Positions 30,539-38,845 of a DNA stretch of 57,355 bases are shown piece by piece. Positions within the stretch are counted from its first letter, which is position 1; every line of letters begins with the position of its first letter. The notes under the pieces are model-generated. The model worked only from the letters and a program-made list of their open reading frames with translations. It searched no databases and was not told the origin of the DNA. The translations under genes were made by a program, and so were the position numbers. The stretch comes from a virus (Duplodnaviria > Caudoviricetes), in the IMG/VR virus record IMGVR_UViG_3300020411_002891, positions 1 to 57,355 of that record. One strand, written 5' to 3'.

Positions 30539-32422
30539 ATGGCGGGCATCTCCACAAAGGGCTTTGGCCCGAGCAGTTCGTATCGGTGGTCTGGGTTTAG
30601 GCACGGATCGCTAGATGCGCGGAACAACACGTTCCGGTACCCATCTCAGTGGTGGGACATTGCTCATATGGAGTTGCCCACTTCAGTAAAGCAGCTCTTT
30701 CGCTGGTGCCGTTACCACGTATTAGTAAATCCGCTCATCAGTTCCGTTACGCGAAAGATGGCTTCGTACCCAATTACGAAAGTAATCGTCGACGATAAGG
30801 GGGAAGAGGGTTTTGATAAAAATTACAAGAGGTGGAATGACTTTCTGTTTCGAGTAATTGATATCAATAAGTTTCAGATTGAGGCGGGGCTTGATTACCA
30901 CACGTATGGGAACTGTGTGGTATCCATACTCTACCCATTCCATAAGCACTTAAAGTGCGGCTCCTGCGGATTCAAGGAACGGATCAAGCGGCTGAAGCGG
31001 AAAAAAGATTGGGACTTCCGAAACTTTGAGTACACGATGAGCTGCCCTAAGTGCGGCGCTCATGGAAAGGCTGAAGTAGAAGACGTATTCTATAGGTCCT
31101 ATAGAGATATTAAGCTCATCCGATGGAATCCTTCTGATCTAGACATCGATTTTAATCCTATTACTCAAAAGTCAGAGTATGCCTACCGTATCCCTGACGG
31201 AATGAGGAGAAGGGTTCTGCAGAAGAACTCTAAGTACTTAGAGGAGACGCCTAAGCGCTTTATCGAAGCGATGAAGAGCAAGAGGCCGGTCGTCCTAACT
31301 AGAGAGAACATCTTTCACTTTAAGGCACCGACGCCCTCTCTTTCGGGCAACGACGCTGGCTGGGGGTACCCCCCAATCTTGCCTGCCCTAAAGGACTCCT
31401 TCTATCTCCAGATAATGAAGAAGGCCCAAGAGGCCGTCATGCTCGAGCACTTGGTGCCTCTTGATATCCTCTTTCCTTCGTCTACGGACGCTAACGCAAA
31501 CCCTTATACGACCATCAACTTGTCTGATTGGAAGACTCGGATTGAGCGAGAGCTGAGTAAGTGGCGAGGCGACCCTAACTATAAGCCCATCCTCCCATTA
31601 CCTGTCGGGTACCAGCGAGTTGGCGGTAACGGTCGTGCCTTAATGCTTACGCAAGAGGTAAGGGCTTGGAGTGAGCACATTATCGTAGGTATGGGCGTAC
31701 CCCAAGAGTTTGCGTTCGGTGGACTGAGCTGGACTGGATCGAGTGTGTCCCTCCGTATGCTGGAAAACAACTTCTTGTCTTACCGAGACATGCATGAACA
31801 TTTCCTGAAGCACTTTCTGATATCAAGTGTAGCTAGGTTCATGGGCTGGAAAGAGATTGGCGTTCATATGAAGGCCTTTAAGATGGCTGATGATGTCCAA
31901 TCGAAGCAGCTTCTTATGTCCCTCAACCAGATGCGTAAGGTATCTGATCAGACCCTTCTTGCTGAGTTTGATAAAGATGCTCTCGATGAGCTTAGGATCA
32001 TTGAGAAGGAGCTTAGAAGAAACCTCGAGGTCACCAAGCTGGATACTATGTATAAAGCGCAGATTCAGGGAGAGAGTCAGCAGATTGCGACTAAGTACCA
32101 GATGAAGGCTCAAGATATCCAGATGGCCGCCCAGAGGCGTGCCGCTGAACAGCAGCAGGGCGAGCAGGCTCCACCAGAACAGCAGCAAGAACAGCCTGGC
32201 GGCGAGCAGAGGACAGTTAATGTCGTAGACCTTGCAGAAGCCTGGGCGAAAAAAATATCTAGGATGCCTGTTGAGGATCGGGCTCCGATCCTCAAACAGA
32301 TGGAGGATCAGAGCCCTAACCTTCATCAGTTAATTCTTCAGAAGGTTCAGGTTATTGACTCCCTTGAGCAAAAGCCTCTTCCAGAGAAGGCTCCGCCTCG
32401 CCGAAGCGGTGGGGTCATCTAA
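30539..32422 (+). CDS. Portal protein with zinc-ribbon insertion
   Basis: GLDYHTYGNCVV, IFHFK..., WGYPPIL, IIVGMGVPQEF..GG, size and Gln-rich C-terminus fit phage portals. CGSC...CPKC insertion. Confidence 0.75.
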   Translation: MAGISTKGFGPSSSYRWSGFRHGSLDARNNTFRYPSQWWDIAHMELPTSVKQLFRWCRYHVLVNPLISSVTRKMASYPITKVIVDDKGEEGFDKNYKRWNDFLFRVIDINKFQIEAGLDYHTYGNCVVSILYPFHKHLKCGSCGFKERIKRLKRKKDWDFRNFEYTMSCPKCGAHGKAEVEDVFYRSYRDIKLIRWNPSDLDIDFNPITQKSEYAYRIPDGMRRRVLQKNSKYLEETPKRFIEAMKSKRPVVLTRENIFHFKAPTPSLSGNDAGWGYPPILPALKDSFYLQIMKKAQEAVMLEHLVPLDILFPSSTDANANPYTTINLSDWKTRIERELSKWRGDPNYKPILPLPVGYQRVGGNGRALMLTQEVRAWSEHIIVGMGVPQEFAFGGLSWTGSSVSLRMLENNFLSYRDMHEHFLKHFLISSVARFMGWKEIGVHMKAFKMADDVQSKQLLMSLNQMRKVSDQTLLAEFDKDALDELRIIEKELRRNLEVTKLDTMYKAQIQGESQQIATKYQMKAQDIQMAAQRRAAEQQQGEQAPPEQQQEQPGGEQRTVNVVDLAEAWAKKISRMPVEDRAPILKQMEDQSPNLHQLILQKVQVIDSLEQKPLPEKAPPRRSGGVI

Positions 32423-32489
32423 CTGCTCAAGTAGAGCAGGACGCCGTGAATAACGGCTAGTACAAAGATAGGTATCACGGCTACTATCC

Positions 32490-32612
32490 TTAGTCTGGGT
32501 ATATAGAACTATTAAGTTCGTTTTCTATTTCTTCGTAATCTCCACAATCTTCTTCTACTTCCTCTTCATCCGCAGGGATTTCTTCCTTTGGATCGTTAAA
32601 TACATGAGTCAT
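32490..32612 (-). CDS. Highly acidic 40-aa peptide
   Basis: AGGAG-attaac-ATG; MTHVFNDPKEEIPADEEEVEEDCGDYEEIENELNSSIYPD*. Lies about 40 nt downstream of promoter motif copy 2; below the ORF-track cutoff. Confidence 0.6.
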   Translation of the reverse strand: MTHVFNDPKEEIPADEEEVEEDCGDYEEIENELNSSIYPD

Positions 32613-32652
32613 GTTAATCTCCTAAGGGCAGCGACTATGCTTACCCATTAGT

Positions 32653-32681
32653 CTTATGCGAGAATCCTTAGTGGATTACCG
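32653..32681 (-). promoter_or_regulatory. Putative phage-specific promoter CGGTAA-N17-CATAAG, copy 2
   Basis: Plus strand CTTATGCGAGA-N12-TTACCG, as at 28348-28376. Confidence 0.55.
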
Positions 32682-32689
32682 GAGTATAA

Positions 32690-35600
32690 ATGTCACAGCT
32701 TGTTCCAGAGAAACAGTTTTCGGCCATTAAGACTGAGGTAGAGAAAGCTATCAGGGACAACTTTCCGGTATCTACGAAGAAGTCGGAAATAAAGCTGCAC
32801 GACGTTTGGGTAGATGACAACAAGAAGTCTACTGATGTCCGTGGGCAGAAAGACGCCCTGATGAGAGGCCGGAGCTGGAATGTACCGGTCTATGCTGACC
32901 TATCCCTACGGAGGGGCGGTAAGGAAGTCGATAGAAAGAAAGTTATTGTTGCCCACATACCTAAAATTACAGATCGATTTGGCTACATCGTTGACGGTAA
33001 TGAGTACCAAACGCTGAACCAGTTTCGCCTTAAGTCCGGCGTGTACCACAGAAGGGCCGCTAATGATCTCTTGCTAGCTGAGTTCAACCTAGCCAATCGA
33101 GATCAGTTTGCTAAGGGCAGGTCATTCAAAGTACAGGTAGATCCCAAGGATGCCATCTTCTACCTAAAGTTTGAGAACTCCCACATACCCCTGTACCCCT
33201 TAATGAAAGATCTGGGAGTCAGTGATCGAGTATTAGAGCGTACTTGGGGTAAAGAGATCGCTCGAAAAAACAGAGACAAGATGCCTCCCGATAGGGCTTT
33301 GTCTAACTTCTATAAAGCTGTGAATGGCAAAAAGCCGGAGAACATAGAGGAGGCTCGCGGCCTCCTAGGTGACCTACTCAAAAAGACTAAGTTGCTAGAG
33401 GAGACTACCAAAAAGACTCTGGGTAAAGGCTACAAGACCGTTGAGTCAGGCACGATACTATCTGCTACTAAAAATCTACTGTCTATGTCTAGAGGAGAGC
33501 GGGCTGGGGACGATAAGACGTCCTTAGACTTTCTTTCTGTCCACTCTGCTGAGGACCTAATCGCAGGCAGGATCAGGGACGCAGCATGGAAGACTCGTAG
33601 GAAGATCATAAATGGCCTGGATAGAAAGAGGAGCGTACGGAGCATTGTCCCTACATCTGAGTTCGACAAGCAGATAAAAAGCTTCTTCCATACATCTTTG
33701 GTATCTCAGGGCGAGCAAACCAATCCGTTAGAGATGCTTGCTGGCCAAAGAAAGACAACCATCATGGGAGAGCAGGGTGGTATTAAGTCTATCCACGCTA
33801 TCTCGGAAGACTCAAAGCTAATCAACCCGTCTCACTTAGGTTTTTTGGATCCCATCCATACTCCAGAGGGTGAGCGGACAGGCATTTCCCTTACACTACC
33901 TATCGGCGTCTCGAAGAAAGGTAACTCCCTTAACTCGACGTTTATGGACGCTAAGACTGGAAAGAAGAAAGCGTTGGATCCGGGAGAGGCCCTGACCGCT
34001 ACTGTAGGGTTTCCCGATCAGTACGAGTTTGTTGGAGGTAAGCCAAAGCCACGAGGGAAAACGGTAAAGGCAACAGTAAACGGCAAGGTAGTTAACGTAG
34101 ACCCGAAAAAGGTGGACTACATAATACCGAGTGCTCGCGGCATCTTTAGCGTCAGCTCAAACCTGATCCCGTTTCTACAGAACAATCAGGGCAATCGCGC
34201 TATGACTGCTGCAAGGCAGCAAGAGCAGGCAGTCCCTCTGGATAATAGGGAGGCTCCTCTGGTTCAGGTGCAGACGGATGGCGCTAACACTTTTGAGCAG
34301 GTTTTAGGTAAGTATGCGTCCCGCAGGTCTCCAGTAGATGGAGTTATAGATAGGGTAAAGAAAGACGCTATCGTAATTCGCAAAGGTAAGAAGAAATACG
34401 AAGTGCAGCTCTACCGAAACTTCCCTCTACAGGGACAGACTCTGTACGACTCTACGGTAAAGGTAAAGGCAGGCGATCGAGTAAAGAAAGGTCAGCTAAT
34501 AGCTGATAGCAGCTTTACTAAAGACGGTACGCTTGCGTTAGGTACAAACCTCCGTACCGCCTACATGCCCTTTAAGGGATATAATTTCGAGGACGGCATC
34601 GTAATCTCAGAGTCGGCGGCGAAGAAACTCACTTCGCTGCATATGTACAAGAAGGAAATTGAGGCCGACTCTGAGGCCGTCATTAACCGAAAGAAGTTCT
34701 TGGCTGAGCACCCTTACTCTTTCAAGAAGGACCAGATCTCTGGGATTGAGGATGGCGGAGTTATAAAGGTCGGAGCAGAGGTAAAGGAGGGAGACCCTCT
34801 GGTCCTTCTGCTAAGGAAGCCGTCTGAGACGAAGTATCGGTCTGATCTAAAAACCTTCAGTAGAGGTAGGCCCGATAAGTACAGGGACAGGTCTGTTGTG
34901 TGGGACAAGCCCTACCCCGGTATCGTTACCGACGTCGTTCGTAGGGGTAATAAGGTATCTGTGTTCGTTAAGACTAAGGAACCTGCCCAATCCGGAGACA
35001 AGCTAGTAGGTAGGCACGGCAATAAGGGAATTATTACTAAGATTGTAGCGGATTCAGACATGCCTTACCGAGAGGGTAAAGGCGGTAAGCGTGAGCACAT
35101 TGAGATCGCACTCAACCCGTTAGGCATCCCTGGTCGAATAAACATTGGGCAGGTCTTAGAGACCGCTGCAGGAAAGGTGGCTGAGAAAAAGAAGGGCATC
35201 TATAAAGTAAGGAACTTTGCCCCAGGATCAGACTACTTAGGCCAAGTAAAGGAAGATCTCAAAAGCGCAGGGCTCAAAGATAAAGAAACTCTCATAAACC
35301 CAGAGACTGGAAAGCCTTTTGATCAAGATATACTAGTAGGTAATCAGTACACGTTTAAACTACGGCACCAGGTCCAGAAGAAGATGTCGGCCAGGTCCGG
35401 CGGCTTTGGTAGCCCTTACAATATCAATCATGCGCCTGCTGGCGGAGCGCCGCACGGTGGCATGTCTTTGGGAGAGCTGGGCCTTTACTCAATGCTAGCC
35501 CACGGTGCTCGAGAGAATCTCCATGAGATGTTCGCGTACAAGTCGACGAAGAACGATGATCTATGGGACGCGCTACGAGAAGGCACTCCTCTACCTCCCC

Positions 35601-38600
35601 CTAAGACGCCCTTTGCTTACGAGAAGTTCCTTGGGTACATGAATGCTATGCGAGTAAACGTGAAGAAGGAGGGGAATCACTTAGTCCTGTCTCCATTCAC
35701 AGAAGAGCAGGTCAAAGCACTTTCGGCAGGCGAGCTGCAGCAACCCGGACTGGCCCTAAGAGGTAAGGATCTGAAACCTGAGAAGGGTGGCCTGTTTGAT
35801 GAGAAAGTAACCGGTGGAGTAGAAGGAACCCGCTGGTCGCACTTTAAGCTGTCTGAGCCTATGCCCAACCCTCTGTTTGAGGATGCTATTAAAAAGGTTT
35901 TGGGCCTAACACAGAAGAAATACGAAGACGTTGTTCGGGGCCGCACTTCGTACAAAGGACAGACCGGAGGTAAGGCTCTGCAAAGTATGCTCTCTGATGT
36001 TGACGTGTCCTCTGAGCGCAAGAAGATTGAGAGCAAAATTAAAGACGTCCGTGGGGAGACTCGAAATAAGCTCCACAGCAAACTTCGTATACTCAAAGCT
36101 CTAGAGACAAATAAATCGAACGCCACTGTTTACATGATGGATTCAGTGCCAGTACTCCCTCCTGTGTTCAGGCCCATCATTGTTAGGGAGGACGGTAACC
36201 TCTCTACAGATGACTTAAACAACTTATATAAAGACATCGGTGCAGTTAATGATAGCTTAAAGAGCAACAAAAAAGCCGGTGTTCCAGATGCGTTTATGCA
36301 AGACATTCGTGGTGAGCTGTATGACGGCCTTAAGGCGCTCACTGGCATGGGCGGCAGCATTACGCGAAAAGGTGAGTATAAAGGCATTATTGATATTATT
36401 TCTGGCAAAACTCGTAAGTCTTTTTCTGGCCAGCCCTCGGGAAGCCCGAAGCACGGATTCTTCCAAAAATCGATCATCAAACGACGGCAAGACTTTACTG
36501 CTCGTTCTACTATCGTCCCTGAGCCTAGGATGGGCCTCGACGAGTTAGGTCTGCCCGAAGGTATTGCTTGGAAACTGTATGAGCCCTTTGTATCTAGGGA
36601 GTTGATCCGCGCCAACTATAAGCCCTTAGATGCGTTTGATGCTATCAGCAAAAAGACTAAGGCTGCGGAGAGCGCGCTCAATAAGGTTATTCATGAGCGC
36701 CCCATTCTGCTCAAGCGAGATCCCGCCCTACACAAACATAATGTGATGGCCTTCAAGCCTAGGTTGGTCAAGGGCAAAGCTATTGAGATTCATCCCCTAG
36801 TGACCGCTGGCTATAATGCAGACTTTGATGGCGACGCCATGAATGTGTACCTTCCCATTACGTCTAAGGCGTCAAAAGAGGCCGAGGGAATGTACCCCTC
36901 TAACAATCTGTTCAGCCCTACTACAGGCGCTGTTCAATACACCCCAGGTCACGAAGCGTTGCTGGGACTCTACTTAGCGTCTAAGCCAGGAAAGAGGACT
37001 CGTAGGTCTTTCAAGACAGAGTCTGAGGCCCGCAAAGAGTTTAAGCGAGGCAAGATTGGGTACACGGACGTAGTTAAGGTTGGCGGCCACGAAACGACCA
37101 TAGGGCGTCTTGATATTGAGTCTACTTTGCCTAAGAAAATGCGAGAGACGGGAAGGAAGAAGATTGGCTCTATGCGGATTTTCGATAAAGGCGTAACTAA
37201 GCAAGTCCTTACAGACGTTGCTAAAAACCACCCCCATATGTATGGAGAGGTGGCCAATAAACTAAAGGATATTGGGAATAAACACAGCTATGAGGTGGGC
37301 TACTCTGTAGGGCTAGACGATTTTGCGGTAATCAACAAAGGCCATAGAGATAAGCTAATTAATAAGGCAAACGCGCAGGCCAGGAAAGTAGCCAGAGGCC
37401 GCGGGTCGGCAGAAGCCAAGAACAGTAAGATCATTGATATCTTTTCTAAGGTAGATGACGACCTAGACCGCCTAAATACATTCCACCTTAAGAAGTTCCC
37501 TACCAACATATCTACTATGGTTGACTCGGGCTCACGGGGTAGCTTCTCTCAGCTCAAGCAAATTATTAGCAGCCCGATCTTAGTAAAGGACTCTAAGGAT
37601 AGAGTCGTCCCTTACTTGATCCCTAAGTCGTACTCAGAGGGCATGGACGTAGCCTCTTACTGGACCACTATGCACGGTGCTCGTAAGGGAACTATCCAGA
37701 AAGTTCAGGGTGTTAGAGACCCTGGCTATATATCGAAACAGATCGTAAACTCCAGCATGAATCAGGTAGTTACTCAGAAGGATTGTGGTACGTCGCAAGG
37801 AATCTGGATGGACGTAAACGATCCGGATATTGTAGACAGGAGATTGGCTAAGGGTATTCGTACCGGGGGTAAGAGGTATCGTAAAAACACAGTGACTACT
37901 GCCAAGACTCTGTCGTCTGCTAGGAAGGGTCGTAGGGACAAGTTGTTTGTTCGAAGCCCCCTTAGATGTGAGTCCGCCCACGGCGTTTGCCAATCTTGTA
38001 TGGGTACGTCATCCGGAGGCAAGGACTGGGATATCGGAAGCAACGTAGGCATTATCTCTGCACAGGCCATTGGGGAGCCTTCTACTCAGCTCAGCCTTAA
38101 TACTTTCCATACAGGCGGTCTGGCCAAGGGTAAGGGAGCTAAGAGCCAAGGGACGTTTAAGAGGCTCGAGCAGCTACTTAGGATGCCTAAGATGCTGCCA
38201 AACTCCGCTCCGCTAGCTCTCGGTTCCGGTAAGGTCCAGAAAATAGAAAAGGCCCCGCAGGGTGGTGAGTACGTAACTATTGGCGGAAAGCAGCACTACG
38301 TACCCGCTAGTCAAGAGCGGAAAGTTAAGCTGCACCAGAAGGTGTCCAAGGGAGACTCATTGTCTGACGGCGTAGTAGATCCCAAGAAGCTGCTTGTCCT
38401 AAAGGGGCTACAGAGCGTGCAGGACTACCTTACGGATGAGATTAGGGGGGTGGTTAATACTGCTGCCCCAGTACGGAGAAGAAATATCGAGGTAGTGGTT
38501 AAGGCGCTTACCAACGTGACTCGCGTAGACGATCCTGGGGATCACCCGGACTGGGTTGTAGGTGATATGCGCCCCTATTCTCAAGTAAGGGCGTACAACT

Positions 38601-38845
38601 CAAAGAAAGGTAAGAAGCGAGTTCACCATACCCCAGCGTTGAAGGGCGTAGATATTCTACCCCTAGAGATGCAAGAGGACTGGGTAGCTAGGATGAACTT
38701 TAATAAACTTCAGACTACACTTACACAAGCAGCCAGAGAGGGGTGGCGGTCAAACATTCACGGATTCCACCCTATTCCGGCAGCTACCTATGCAGCAGAG
38801 TTTGGGCAGAAGAGTAAGGTTAAGGATTGGAAGGGGCAGTACTGA
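32690..38845 (+). CDS. rpoBC: Single-chain (fused beta-beta') multisubunit-type DNA-directed RNA polymerase
   Basis: Beta motifs: QTNPL, TPEG, LIPFL..RAM..QAVPL, GYNFEDGIVISE, GDKLVGRHGNKG, LNPLGIPGRINIGQ, KMSARS. Beta' motifs: PEKGGLF, PVLPPVFRP, YNADFDGD (NADFDGD at 36815-36835), HGARKG, AQAIGEPSTQLSLNTFHTGG. Confidence 0.97.
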   Translation: MSQLVPEKQFSAIKTEVEKAIRDNFPVSTKKSEIKLHDVWVDDNKKSTDVRGQKDALMRGRSWNVPVYADLSLRRGGKEVDRKKVIVAHIPKITDRFGYIVDGNEYQTLNQFRLKSGVYHRRAANDLLLAEFNLANRDQFAKGRSFKVQVDPKDAIFYLKFENSHIPLYPLMKDLGVSDRVLERTWGKEIARKNRDKMPPDRALSNFYKAVNGKKPENIEEARGLLGDLLKKTKLLEETTKKTLGKGYKTVESGTILSATKNLLSMSRGERAGDDKTSLDFLSVHSAEDLIAGRIRDAAWKTRRKIINGLDRKRSVRSIVPTSEFDKQIKSFFHTSLVSQGEQTNPLEMLAGQRKTTIMGEQGGIKSIHAISEDSKLINPSHLGFLDPIHTPEGERTGISLTLPIGVSKKGNSLNSTFMDAKTGKKKALDPGEALTATVGFPDQYEFVGGKPKPRGKTVKATVNGKVVNVDPKKVDYIIPSARGIFSVSSNLIPFLQNNQGNRAMTAARQQEQAVPLDNREAPLVQVQTDGANTFEQVLGKYASRRSPVDGVIDRVKKDAIVIRKGKKKYEVQLYRNFPLQGQTLYDSTVKVKAGDRVKKGQLIADSSFTKDGTLALGTNLRTAYMPFKGYNFEDGIVISESAAKKLTSLHMYKKEIEADSEAVINRKKFLAEHPYSFKKDQISGIEDGGVIKVGAEVKEGDPLVLLLRKPSETKYRSDLKTFSRGRPDKYRDRSVVWDKPYPGIVTDVVRRGNKVSVFVKTKEPAQSGDKLVGRHGNKGIITKIVADSDMPYREGKGGKREHIEIALNPLGIPGRINIGQVLETAAGKVAEKKKGIYKVRNFAPGSDYLGQVKEDLKSAGLKDKETLINPETGKPFDQDILVGNQYTFKLRHQVQKKMSARSGGFGSPYNINHAPAGGAPHGGMSLGELGLYSMLAHGARENLHEMFAYKSTKNDDLWDALREGTPLPPPKTPFAYEKFLGYMNAMRVNVKKEGNHLVLSPFTEEQVKALSAGELQQPGLALRGKDLKPEKGGLFDEKVTGGVEGTRWSHFKLSEPMPNPLFEDAIKKVLGLTQKKYEDVVRGRTSYKGQTGGKALQSMLSDVDVSSERKKIESKIKDVRGETRNKLHSKLRILKALETNKSNATVYMMDSVPVLPPVFRPIIVREDGNLSTDDLNNLYKDIGAVNDSLKSNKKAGVPDAFMQDIRGELYDGLKALTGMGGSITRKGEYKGIIDIISGKTRKSFSGQPSGSPKHGFFQKSIIKRRQDFTARSTIVPEPRMGLDELGLPEGIAWKLYEPFVSRELIRANYKPLDAFDAISKKTKAAESALNKVIHERPILLKRDPALHKHNVMAFKPRLVKGKAIEIHPLVTAGYNADFDGDAMNVYLPITSKASKEAEGMYPSNNLFSPTTGAVQYTPGHEALLGLYLASKPGKRTRRSFKTESEARKEFKRGKIGYTDVVKVGGHETTIGRLDIESTLPKKMRETGRKKIGSMRIFDKGVTKQVLTDVAKNHPHMYGEVANKLKDIGNKHSYEVGYSVGLDDFAVINKGHRDKLINKANAQARKVARGRGSAEAKNSKIIDIFSKVDDDLDRLNTFHLKKFPTNISTMVDSGSRGSFSQLKQIISSPILVKDSKDRVVPYLIPKSYSEGMDVASYWTTMHGARKGTIQKVQGVRDPGYISKQIVNSSMNQVVTQKDCGTSQGIWMDVNDPDIVDRRLAKGIRTGGKRYRKNTVTTAKTLSSARKGRRDKLFVRSPLRCESAHGVCQSCMGTSSGGKDWDIGSNVGIISAQAIGEPSTQLSLNTFHTGGLAKGKGAKSQGTFKRLEQLLRMPKMLPNSAPLALGSGKVQKIEKAPQGGEYVTIGGKQHYVPASQERKVKLHQKVSKGDSLSDGVVDPKKLLVLKGLQSVQDYLTDEIRGVVNTAAPVRRRNIEVVVKALTNVTRVDDPGDHPDWVVGDMRPYSQVRAYNSKKGKKRVHHTPALKGVDILPLEMQEDWVARMNFNKLQTTLTQAAREGWRSNIHGFHPIPAATYAAEFGQKSKVKDWKGQY

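Noticed and set aside
32419-32478. Hydrophobic minus-strand micro-ORF (VIPIFVLAVIHGVLLYLSS) after the acidic peptide
   Set aside because: Only 19 codons from a GTG with a weak SD. It could be real but cannot be supported from sequence alone.
32690-38845. Cellular rpoBC locus (bacterial chromosome or contamination)
   Set aside because: Flanked by portal and spike genes rather than ribosomal-protein genes; compact and divergent.
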